Below, piece by piece: positions 36,250 through 47,031 of a DNA stretch of 64,000 bases; within the stretch, counting starts at the first letter, position 1; the number at the start of each line of letters is the position of its first letter. Below the pieces are notes generated by a model. The model saw only the letters and a program-made list of their open reading frames with translations, was not told the origin of the DNA and ran no database searches. The position numbers and the translations under genes were made by a program. Origin of the DNA: Selaginella moellendorffii. Lineage: Eukaryota > Plantae > Lycopodiophyta. The stretch is taken from contig NW_003314383.1 of assembly GCF_000143415.4 (NCBI RefSeq), positions 124,001 to 188,000 of the forward strand, in the 5' to 3' direction.

Positions 36250-37240
36250 TTATGGCCGTGCTGCTAAGCTTGGAACAAACGTGTAGCTGGCGCGAATGGT
36301 GGCCGGACAGCCTTTGGACCAGTCGAGGTTAGCATAGAGTGCGAGTTCCTGTTCCGAAAAGCCCAATTCCCTTTGCTCGTCGATCAGATGAAACGCAAGT
36401 GTAGGCCAAGTGCAGTTGGAGAGCACTGTCACGTCGCCTGCGAGATGTGCCACCCAGTGATCACACTCAAAGCCTTCAATCGCCGGCCATCCTTCCCCGA
36501 CTATATCCCGCACACGACGCTTGAACAAGGGGAGCCAACGTTTTTGCTCGTCGTCCTTCTCCAGCACACTGAGTGCAATGTGAAGGTCGTCATGGATCGT
36601 TCCCACCAGGATCCTCCGGCCGCGGTACAAAAATCCCCAGATAGGCCAATTCATGCAAGTCTCGTCGTCGATCTCACGAATGCTGGGATTCTCTTCTGTG
36701 AACTCAGTCCATTTGAGTGTATCCAGGTTGTAGAAACCATCGTCACCGTTACCTCGGTTGTAGCCAGGGTTGCACTGTATCAGATCACTTGTTATGACGT
36801 CCCGTCCAGTGCCAGAGTTGTACTGGAGACTTTCGCCAACGTATTTTGAATCGATACGCTTGTTGTTGAGCACTGCAATTCGATAGATTCCCGTCTCAGG
36901 ATCCAAATCCATTGTCTCGGTCATCTCGACCCACTCGGTACACCGGAGCACCTTCCAAGTGTTCGTAAGAGGATTGCCCACACTGAGAGACCGTGAGCAA
37001 GGACTGGTGGGACGGTGTATTACAGCAAGCGTGCCACACACTAGACCATTGGACGAGCAATGCCCTACAAAGACGGAGCTCTTTCCAGGCGGGCCAATGG
37101 GCAGAGAAATGTGCTTGAGCTTGAGAGCCTCGCCGGAGAAAGGGCGCCACAGCTGTGGATTTGGATCCACGGCACACAATCAGTGTCTAGCCGCGTAAGG
37201 ATTTCCATCAGCAAGTCCTCCCCGAGCCGATCGAAGATAT
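36250..37240 (-). pseudogene. F-box paralog with intact C-terminal domain but deleted and frameshifted F-box and no ATG
   Basis: Highly similar to 30248-31398. The 5' end IFDRLGEDLLMEILTRLD is out of frame with the long ORF after an internal deletion. Confidence 0.8.
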
Positions 37241-38254
37241 CTTAGCCCTAGGCCCTAAAAATGCAATGTTAAACCCTAAAGCGCGGGAAAATTTCTTTGT
37301 TTTAATAAACCATGATGTTTAATAATAATTTGCTATGCATTGCATGTAATAACGCTTGGTTTGCTTAATAGTAGTGTTATTCCGATTTATTAATTCAATT
37401 AATCAAATAAAGTTTATAATTTATATGCATGTTTGTAATTTATAAACACAAAATTAATCTTATTGTATATAATAGAATAAAAAAGAATATATTAGAAAGG
37501 GTTTATGAAAGTTTATAAATTATAAACATGTTTATAATTATAAATACAAAATTAATCTAAATGAATAACAACTGTTAAATGGTAGAATATCCTAAAATAT
37601 TCAAGCATATTTTAGGTATATTCACTATCATCCTAGTTTTGCTTAAAAACTACTTGTAAGCTATTTATTGAAATTAAGTTACTATCCTTTCTATGAATTG
37701 ACATGAAGAAATTGCTGCAAAACTCAAAAAGCCAAGCAAGAAAGGAAGATGCAACAGAGTAGAGTCATCTTCATGTTGAGTATAGCCAAGAGAAGACTAA
37801 AGGATGGAACAACTGGAGCATCATGAGACATCATGCCAAGGGACACGTGAGAGTTGAAGATACTTTTATTCTGCCTAAATTTTTCAAAATCTTGCTCATA
37901 CTGATCATCAGGCTGTTGTGTAATCTCCCCAAACACGACCTCTCAGACCTTGCAAGCTTAGCAATCATCTCATTTTCCTATCGTTGAAGAAAACTAAGCA
38001 AACGAAATTCCATAAGAAAGACGCTCCAATACAAAGAAAAGAGCAGCTTGAGTCCAAAGCCAAGCTCATGATGCTGAAAGGAATGGCAAATCAACCTTTC
38101 ACATAAATTGTTTTGCTTTTTAATTGTTGATTTGTTTCCACTTTTCTTGCCTACAACTTCGGATAGCAAACAAACGACCGAAGAATCATCATCTTCCAAA
38201 CCCAGACATACCGTCATAGCTTTATTGAGAAGATTAACTACAAGAAAGTGTGCT

Positions 38255-38635
38255 TTAGCAGCCAGTGACATAATCCGCCTTGAACTTGCAGCCGTCATTG
38301 TAAGTCTTGATACCACACTTGGCGCAGTTGCGAGCACGGAGTTCGTTGAAGGCAGTGATCATCTCGTTGCCAGTGAGGTCGCAGTTGGAGCCGGAGACAA
38401 AGAGCCCACAGTGGCCGGAGCAGACGCCTGTGGAGCCTTTGTTGCCGCCAGTGAAGTAGCGGTTGCTAGGCTGAATCTGGCGGCGAGCAGCATCACAGTC
38501 GCTCTGTGCGAGGCCACTGCACCGTGTAGAGCCAGCACACGAGTAGGAGTCCTGAGCATGAGAGCCCCGCAACAACACGAGATTCACAACAAGCAAAACA
38601 TATGTGAGAGCTAGTGCCATGTTCATCGACTTCAT
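38255..38635 (-). CDS. Small secreted cysteine-rich protein, KP4 killer toxin-like
   Basis: Signal peptide ending GSHA, then a ~99-aa mature chain with 10 Cys. The pattern C-x-GS-x2-C ... G-x-E ... L-x4-C-x2-CG ... YV-x2-C* parallels KP4. TATA-like ccatataaata lies ~25 nt upstream. Confidence 0.8.
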   Translation of the reverse strand: MKSMNMALALTYVLLVVNLVLLRGSHAQDSYSCAGSTRCSGLAQSDCDAARRQIQPSNRYFTGGNKGSTGVCSGHCGLFVSGSNCDLTGNEMITAFNELRARNCAKCGIKTYNDGCKFKADYVTGC

Positions 38636-38742
38636 GGTTGCTTAGATATCGAACCCCTTATTTATATGGGAAGGCACAGAAGCGTGTCTAACTTTGCTCC
38701 CAGCCTGACTTCCAACACAAACTTAAGCGGTCAAGAAGGAAG

Positions 38743-39050
38743 AACCCAAACTTAGGTGGTCAAGGAGAACTGCTGTATTGACACAATATTAAGCCCCCCA
38801 TTTTGATCGTGATCCTACCCAGAGAAACGTGTCTAGCTTTGCTCCACTGGTCACCTGTCCAGACAGTGACTGTCACGACTTAATTGTCGCAATACCAACC
38901 CAAACTTAGGTGGTCAAGGAGAACTGCTGTATTGACACAATATTAAGCCCCCCATTTGATCGTGATCCTACCCAGAGAAACGTGTCTAGCTTTGCTCCAC
39001 TGGTCACCTGTCCAGACAGTGACTGTCACGACTTAATTGTCGCAATACCA
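38743..39050. repeat. Near-perfect 154-bp direct tandem duplication upstream of the KP4-like gene
   Basis: aacccaaacttaggtggtcaaggag...ttaattgtcgcaatacca occurs at 38743 and 38897. Confidence 0.95.
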
Positions 39051-40299
39051 ACATGATCCCCCATTAATATTATATATCCATGTGTGAGGTCCACATCTAT
39101 TATTAACATAACTATAATAGTAAAATAAATTAAATTGGGTGCCACATGGCATGATCTGGCTCATCCAGAAAACATGTGGCAGCTTTGGTAATATAGCTAC
39201 CACCACTGTTCTTTTATGCATGTGTACTAGTGACCCAAGTTACAAGTTGTGTCCAACATCAACCATAGTGCATATCAAGTGTTTGTGTGGGCAATATTCT
39301 CTTCACACCATCAAGTTGTACAATAACGTTTTGCTCCCGGTTCATAAGGATTTGCCTTGCAGTTACGATCTCGAGCCCATTATTTATATGGTGTGGGCGG
39401 GCACAGAAGCGGGTCTATAGCTTTGCTCCCAGCAAGACTTCCAAAACTTAGGCGGTCAAGGAGGAACCCATTTATAATTGCATGGCCCTGCCCAGAGAAG
39501 CGTGTCTAACCTTGCTTTACAGGTCACAACTTGTTTAGACGGCGACTTGTTCGCATAGATGGACACGTAGAAGAAAGATCCCGCCATGTATATAGAAGGC
39601 TTCAGCTGTATTTTATTAAAAGTCCATTTTTCTTTGTTAAACTTTGCTCTTTGGTTGTTAACATATATCAGCTTGATCGACATGGCCCAATTGACCGAGT
39701 GTGAAACCTGAGCCATTGCGTCCATCAGGCCGATGGCCCAATCTCATTTTGATCATAATATTTGGTTGGAGCAGAGCACAGGTTCGGCATGTTCTAGCTG
39801 GCTGTCGACCCAGATGTCACTCAATGATTGTCACTCTTTTCCTTTCTCATGTCTTAGTTGTTGACTTATTAAGGCGGTGAGATGAATTTTTAAAAGTACA
39901 TTTATGTAAAACTGTTTTGTTTAAGATGCTTCTAATATATTTTATCTAACGGTTGATATATATTTAGATAAACTTGTATTTTTGACTTATAAACAAGTTT
40001 ATAATTTATACCCAAATTATTCTTGTACTGTTGTGTCTATTGATCAATTGGAAGTTTCTTGGCACGATCATGGAATCCGTGCCGGGGATTATGAAGAACA
40101 AGATCAAAAGAATGAATGAAGAGCTCCTGAGCTTTTTTTTGCTCCATCTCCAACAATGTGGAAAATCTCCCAGGCCAAGAGCTCTAGATCGACTCATGTT
40201 GCGCAGGTCTTGAACGATGGCAGCAAAAGGCTGCTCCACAGCTCTGGAGTGGTCTCTCGTCAGCCAAAATTCCAGGCAAGATCAGAAACCACTTCAAGC

Positions 40300-40945
40300 A
40301 CAATGATCCCGATGGCTACGTTGATCTCGCCGGTCTCGAGCGCGTCGCTCCTCCGCGCCATCGTCTACTGCCAATCCGGCCTCACAAACGGCTTCACCAG
40401 GAGCTTCACCAAGGGCTTTGCAGGGCGGCAGCAAAGCAACAGCCGCCCTCTCCACCGCCTCCAGGGATTCCAGCACTAACTGCATCAATCCAAAGTCGAC
40501 CATCAACCACGACTTCCTGGTGATTGTGCTGATCGTCGGGGGCGTGGAGCAATTCTTCCTTTTCGAGAAGTGTGGCCCTGGCGGTGACTGCGGGATCAAC
40601 ATCACCCCCGTTCTCAGCCTGGGCGATTTTACCAATGCCAAGCTGCTGAATTTCGATTGCGAGGATACGCCGCTGGAACTGCGCGAGCTCATGAGGATCA
40701 CGACCCGCAGTATAGCCTTCACGACAAGAACTGCTGGGAGTATGCGATGAGCACCGCTAAGAAGCTGCTGATGGAGTGCCACCGGAGGAGTGGAAAGGCC
40801 CAGTTTCGAGAGCGGGCCCAGGTGGTCGGGGGTGAGATCACTATAGAACACGCCCGAGGTATCAGCAGTCGATATTTCATGGTGCTTGCGCGAGTGGCAA
40901 CGATTGCCATGTACGCTGGCTCCCCAATAATACTTCCTAGTTGAC
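40300..40945 (+). pseudogene. Frameshifted gene of a probable permuted papain-like (PPPDE/LRAT-like) family
   Basis: Fragments across frames: HDFLVIVLIVGGVEQFFLFEK ... DHDPQYSLHDKNCWEYA (His before a Y-x-L-x3-NC motif). A homologous decayed copy lies at 54440-54650. Confidence 0.5.
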
Positions 40946-41017
40946 GACCACGTTTGCAATCGTTGACTAGCCTCAAGTTGGCACGTGATTTATCGTCTAC
41001 TTTCCATTTTTCTAGTT

Positions 41018-43561
41018 TCAAAAGAAGAAGTCACTGTGGAATCCATAAGGTACTCGCTGGGGGAGACCAATTCTTGCTACAGCTTGATCCTGAAACTTTT
41101 GTGCATCAAATATGTACACCTGCAAGTACAAATTTTACACTTGCCAACTCTCTTACAGTATGCACTCACTTCGGATTTGTTTGTCTCCTCGTCATGCACA
41201 TAGCTCACAATCCACCCGTCGTCTTCATCTGTTGAGTGGGGTCTCGCCACAAACAAAGGCTCCGATCCGTATCGGTTGGCTCCCAGATCGTGGTACTTCA
41301 CATCAATTTCATCCTACAGAGATATAACAATTAGCTGATTGATAACTCGCAATGGCGTACTTCACAAGATTCCGGAAGTTTTACTTTCATGAACTTGCCA
41401 TACTTTGGCATGCCTGTAAACAGCAAATCTTAAGTACATGAGCAAAAAAACGCATTGAAACTTACCTACAACTTTGCTAGCCTCCACATCCACCACCTGG
41501 GCATAGGCAAATTGGTTCTTCCTTCCTGTAAATTTCTTGTTGATTTTTGGCATTTCGATTCCACAAGTTTCCAACGATGTCAAGTTCCTTTCCACCACCG
41601 TCCCTGCTCAGCAAACTCATAAACCAAAACTCAGTTCACTCTATAGAAACAAACGAAACCTTTGTCAAGATTGAATCTCCATTCCCGCAAATTGGCCAAG
41701 AGGGCACCATCAACTTGAGGGTCTCTGGCATTTCTTGGATCAGTCGGTGTTATGCCCCGAGCAAACCACTCGCGTCTGTCCACACCATTTGGCGTGGGAA
41801 AGAATGGAATCTTCGAAAACAAAGCATGCAACACAATCTGTTTATCACATGATAATATTTAGTTAGCAAAACAATTTTTTGAAATTTCTTTTTAGCTGAA
41901 GTTTACTTACTTCATCACTGTCTTCAAAGGCATTTACAGCGTGGAAGCTGTATCCAGGCTCTACTTCGAACCACCTTACTGACTTAGAATCGCCATAACG
42001 AGGCATAACTCCTATTCTGGAAGAAGAGTTGTTCTCAAACTCGACCAGCCTGAGACATGGGCTCAGATTAAAAGCCTTAAAACACAACATGACAACTACC
42101 TTCCTGATCCTTTCAGCAATCGGTTCATGTTGATCGTGAGTGGAAAATCAGGAATCAAGGTGTAACTGGAAAAGAACTCACACGAGAATCCAGAACTCGA
42201 TTCATGAATGAAATGCTACTTACTTTTTCGTTATTGAAATCTCGTGAATAAAGCATGCACGATCAAGCTCCAGATCTGTCTTTTGTATCAAGTCTCCATC
42301 CTCTGGATGAAAAGAGTGAGCAGAAGTTTGTGTTTTGATACAGTCACTTACTGGAAACGATTCCAATTTGCAAGTATGGCGACTTTGCATTGAAACCAAA
42401 GATAACGAGCTCTTGCTTTTCCAGATCAAACTTAAAGTAGAAGAACACAATTCAATAATAGGGTCACTTTGTGATCAACCATACCTTGGAGTGAGATGTG
42501 AACGGTCCTTTCCATTTACCACTAAAATCAAGAGTGCCAAGAGTGTTGAGGCTTGATAAATCTATTTCATGAGGAATATCTGCTTCTGCGACTGCATACA
42601 ACTTCCCAGCAAGCTTGAAAACGTGCGTATTGCATGTTGGCCCATTAACTTTCCCAAAACGTAGCTGCACATTGTAGCTAAGGAAAATAAAACAAAATAA
42701 ATGCAATTGCCTTACGAAGTTTAGAAGATAACTTGCTGAGATAGCCAAAGAATCTCCCTCCACAGCTCTTAGGAATGAGGTTTTCTTCGTGTTCTTTTCG
42801 ATTTTGTGTGCCATAGTATCAACATATTTGTTCTTATATGTGATGAACTTGCCACCTTGATCAAACCTGGTCGCATGAAGCATTCCATCACCTTCAAACC
42901 AGTGACAATACAGTTTCCCAAAAGGACTTATGAGAATACTTTCATCAAGGAGGTAAGGGTTTGGACCTGATTTAAAGGTAGAAAAAAGAAAATTAATAGA
43001 ACCAATGAATTCAGAACACACAATCATGAGCAAAACCACTGCCAAAACACCATTTCTTTAAACGCACCGTTTCTTATGTAAGTTCCTGCTGGGAAATCCT
43101 GAGGTATTTCTCCATCAATAACTTGAACTGGTGTCCAAGATCCCACCTCTTCCACGGGTGAAAAGTTTTCCTAGAAGGAATTTATTCAGAAAATATCTGC
43201 GAAAGTTTTCAGTATCTTACCTGGTAATAAATATTCCGTTCCTTATCTGGTTTGTATAGAGCATCCACAAGCACATCAAGAAACTTGTTTCTACTAGTGT
43301 GGAACAAGCTTTTGAGAAAAGGGGGAACCTTGATCAAAAGCGAAGATTTACGAACTGCTAAGAGTCATACATCACACCTTTCGTGTAGCAAGTGCTCCAT
43401 TTCCAGTAACTGGCACAGGTCCATATGACGATGATGCTGCAGCTATGTTGAGCTACAATTCCATGATTGAGTATGCAATTCATACCTTGACATGCCTTTG
43501 TTGCTACAGGGGAGAGATTTGGAGTAGCCTGATGAAAAGTTCCAGCCACAATGCTGGCCAT
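41018..43561 (-). CDS. Carotenoid cleavage dioxygenase-like protein (RPE65 family), multi-exon
   Basis: NFSPVEE...GEIPQDFPAGTYIRNG|PNP; HWFEGDGMLHA; FTSHSK; CFIHEISIT; IGVMPRYGDSKSVRWFEV...FHAVNAFE; EDDGWIVSYVHDE; RVPYGFHS. Confidence 0.9.
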
Positions 43562-43697
43562 TGCTATGCGACTCGCCCAAACCGAATCTTTCGTATTTAA
43601 ATGGTCTCCCGGTTTGTCTTTCTTGCCACATTTGATCCTTCCTCTCATGTGCTTGTGGACTTTCTCTAATAACTATTTCTTTGCCGCTTATGTGAAT

Positions 43698-43700
<3 letters not shown>

Positions 43701-43740
<40 letters not shown>
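43701..43740. repeat. (GA)n microsatellite
   Basis: Seen directly. Confidence 0.9.
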
Positions 43741-43994
43741 ATCCGATGTGTTATACTTTTACTTGTTAGATTTTAATGTGGGGATTGGGTTTATGTGCTA
43801 TTAAATGTGAAATTTTCAAAATTGTTCTGTAGGAAAATAACTAATATCAATATTAGTTTGTTACTTGCATTAATGACTCACATTTGCTCTTTTTGCCTTG
43901 CATCTCCTCCCTTAGATCTCTTATATCCAAACCAGGGGCTGAGCTTTATGTTAGCTACTCGTGCAAATTGGAGATACATAGTAACTTAGTAACC

Positions 43995-44378
43995 ATGAAG
44001 TCGATGAACATGGCGCTAGCTCTCAATGTCTTACTTGTGAATGTCATGATCATCATGTTGTTGCGGGGCTGTCATGCTCAGGACTCCTACTCGTGCGCTG
44101 GCTCTACACTGTGCAGGGACCTCGCACAGAGCGACTGTGATGCTGCTTGCCGCCAGATTCAGCCTAGCAACCGCTACTTCATCGGCAGCAACAAAGGCTC
44201 CAGCAGCGTCTACTCCGGCCACTGTGGCCTCTTTGTCTCTGGCTCCAACTGCGACCTCAATGGCTCCGAGATGATCACTGCCTTTGACGAACTCCGTGCT
44301 CGCAACTGTGCCAAGTGTGGTATCAAGACTTACAATGACGGCTGCCAGTTCAAGGCGGATTATGTCACTGGTTGCTAA
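43995..44378 (+). CDS. Second KP4 killer toxin-like secreted protein (inverted paralog of 38255-38635)
   Basis: MKSMNMALAL...HAQDSYSCAGSTLC...NCAKCGIKTYNDGCQFKADYVTGC*. The 3' flanks are also homologous in inverted orientation. Confidence 0.8.
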   Translation: MKSMNMALALNVLLVNVMIIMLLRGCHAQDSYSCAGSTLCRDLAQSDCDAACRQIQPSNRYFIGSNKGSSSVYSGHCGLFVSGSNCDLNGSEMITAFDELRARNCAKCGIKTYNDGCQFKADYVTGC

Positions 44379-45069
44379 GCGCACTTTAAATCTTCTCAAG
44401 AAAAACTAGAAATATATATATAGGACGGTATGTCTGAGCTTGGAAGACAAACTATTCTTCGGTCGTTTCTTTGCTATCCGAGGTTCTAGACTCCCATGCG
44501 TGTATCAGGAAATAAAAACAGCAACAATTTGTTGAGAACCAAAGTGGAAAGAGCAATCAAGTAAGCGCTGGGAATCTTGCGCTCTTAGTTTACAGTTTCT
44601 TTGCTCTGTCAGTGAGACTCCCAACCAGGTCGAGCCTACAATAAGATGAACAAACGAGGGATGCAGCTCCATATAGGATGCGCAAGCTCGCAGATCTGGA
44701 CAGCAAGAACAGCAACCGTATAAACACAACTCACAGAGTAAAAGTTCCAGCTTATCACAACAAACATCTAAGATCCAATCAAAGCTCAGAATGATGAGGT
44801 CGATGAAAGTGATAAGGAAGTGCATGCGCTGCCATCAGCCCATGTATAAACACAGCAGGTGTCCATGAAGCTACATGTGTCACCTGTTGGTGTTCAAGGC
44901 AGTGCTATCTGGCGAGGACGACATCTTCTTCGCGATCGCCTTCTAATCCACATCACTGCCCGAGTCACTATCGTCCGTAGAATGACGTGGCAGCGTCAAC
45001 GTGATTTGTGCCCCAAAAGTCGAGTGATCGAACCAACAGGGCCGTATTCTGTTGTCAGCTATATTAGAT

Positions 45070-45870
45070 AGATAACTTGATGAAGCAGGCGTACCAGGAA
45101 TTGTTCATGAGCATCTTCCTGCGACTCGATGTGGATGCGAGTGGTGGCGCCGCTCCTGGTACTGCATTCTTTTGTATGTTCTCTGGGACCGTTCGAGCCC
45201 ACTTCTCTGCCTCTCGCCCGCCTGTCTACAATGTTTGCGAGCCATTTCACGGCAAATGGATGGGTGGCCGGAATGGAGAAGTGCTCGCTCACGGTCTCTG
45301 GCTGTGGGCAATCCGCTCACAAACAGTTTGGAAGATGCTCTGTTGAGGAAGTTGATAGCATTGAGACGATATGTGGATCCTGAGACAGGGATTTATCGGA
45401 TTGCCGTGCTCAACACCAAGACAGTGATGGTAGGGAGTGTTTCGGGAGTTTGTTGTCTACCTTCTCCGGTACAATTCTGGCTCCGGAAGCTGGGGGAATC
45501 CACGACTTGTCCAATCCTGGCTACAGTGAGGGAGAGGATCGCTTCTATGATCTGAACACCATGCAATGGAGTCGGCAAGTGGTGAGCCAGGATCCATTCG
45601 CCTACTGGGAAGTATTGTGTGAGGATTTTACTGGTACAAGCGTGCTGGCTAGAGACGGATGAGGATGGCTCACACTCAGCCATGGTCGCATCCGGGAAAT
45701 ACGAGTGGCCACCTCGTGATATCAACATGGGAGGTGAAGAATGGATGGCTCATCTTGTGGATGATGTGATCGTTGTCTCCAGCTGTATGGGTAATTTTGT
45801 GTTCTAATCTGGTGGAGAAGAAATGGGAGTATTGTGGTCATTCGGAAGAAGAGTCTGCATCCAACCTCAA
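45070..45870 (+). pseudogene. Decayed F-box gene of the same family as 30248-31398
   Basis: ELFMSIFLRLDV; SRSLAVGNPLTNS; DPETGIYRIAVLN; NPGYSEGEDRFYDL; WMAHLVDDVIVVSSC, spread across shifted frames. Confidence 0.8.
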
Positions 45871-46855
45871 AATTGGAGAATCAAATTTACAAACTTTATG
45901 TTATTAGTTTTTTGTTTGCTTAACTAAACTTATTATGGTAATATATTTAAAATATTTTAAAATATTCTAACATTTTTTAGTCATTTTAGATTAATCTAGG
46001 CATCTTTATGACATAATTAGGTGGCTCTGCTTTTCAAGTATGGCAAGTCATATGTTCTTAAGAATGAATATGGAATAAAAACATTTAGTCAAATCTCCTA
46101 TATTTATTTCCTCTTACCAATAGGGCCTGTAGAAGGTGCATATGTGAATAAGTATATAATTAGTATATTAGAAAAATATATTTTTAATTTAACATTTGAC
46201 TATAGGAGTGAGTTCTTGTGTAAAAACATGGTTTACAAAATTTTAGAAAGATGTGAAAGATGAATGAAGTGAGTTTGATTGTTAATGTTTGAGGACAAGA
46301 ATAAAAAATCATAAGCCAAACTTAACACAAATCCCAGATGTTGATTGAAAGGAAAGCATGGAGGCAAGTTTTATTTATAGTCACGAGTCTTAATTAATAG
46401 TGGTCTTAAAGGATTATAAATAAACAAACTTAAAAATGGGATGTATTATTTATTGCAATGACTTTAATAGACTGTAGTGGAAGTCTTTTGCTTTGGTTTA
46501 AAGTTATCACTTAAAAGTTGGTTTGAATATTTTGTAATTGCATACAGAGTTGTAAATGGTTCATCAAGATTTTATAATTGACTAATGTTTATATCATAAC
46601 TTTAGACTTCTTTTAGTTATGGTTGTCAATAACTACATTAGTAATTTTGTGGGAACTTCAAGTTTTTGTAACACAACAAAAATAATATGCTAATTACAGT
46701 ATTATAGTAAACCATTCATTTGGGACAGAATCTAGTCCATTCATTCTTATGTATAAAGCCTAATTAATATACCTATTCCCATATCCATATAAATATATTA
46801 TAATTTTTAAATACAAAATTAATCTTATTACATATCAATAGAATAAATTTCAAAA

Positions 46856-47031
46856 TGTGAGTGTTTGGAATATGGAAAGAGAATACAGAAAATGTGCATA
46901 TCAATTAGCCCAAAAACCCTAACTTATATACAGGAGCGAGTGGTCCAGATTGAAACCAATCCGACGGCTACCAAAATCACACTATGCTAATATTAGTATA
47001 TGGCATCGTAGCCATACACTTGGCCCTTACA
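46856..47031 (-). repeat. 3' LTR (176 bp) of the gypsy element
   Basis: tgtgagtgtttggaatatgg...cacttggcccttaca, homologous to 53441-53917 minus its insertion. Confidence 0.93.

Noticed and set aside
37290-37660. AT-rich insertion resembling 46790-46850, a possible MITE or Helitron piece
   Set aside because: I could not define termini or a TSD by eye.
43884-43994. Longer N-terminus for the second KP4-like ORF
   Set aside because: The start is non-ATG; the paralog and the signal peptide place the start at 43995.
44505-44850. Cys-rich 106-aa ORF next to the second KP4-like gene
   Set aside because: It has no recognisable family or signal structure and is probably a fragment or chance ORF.
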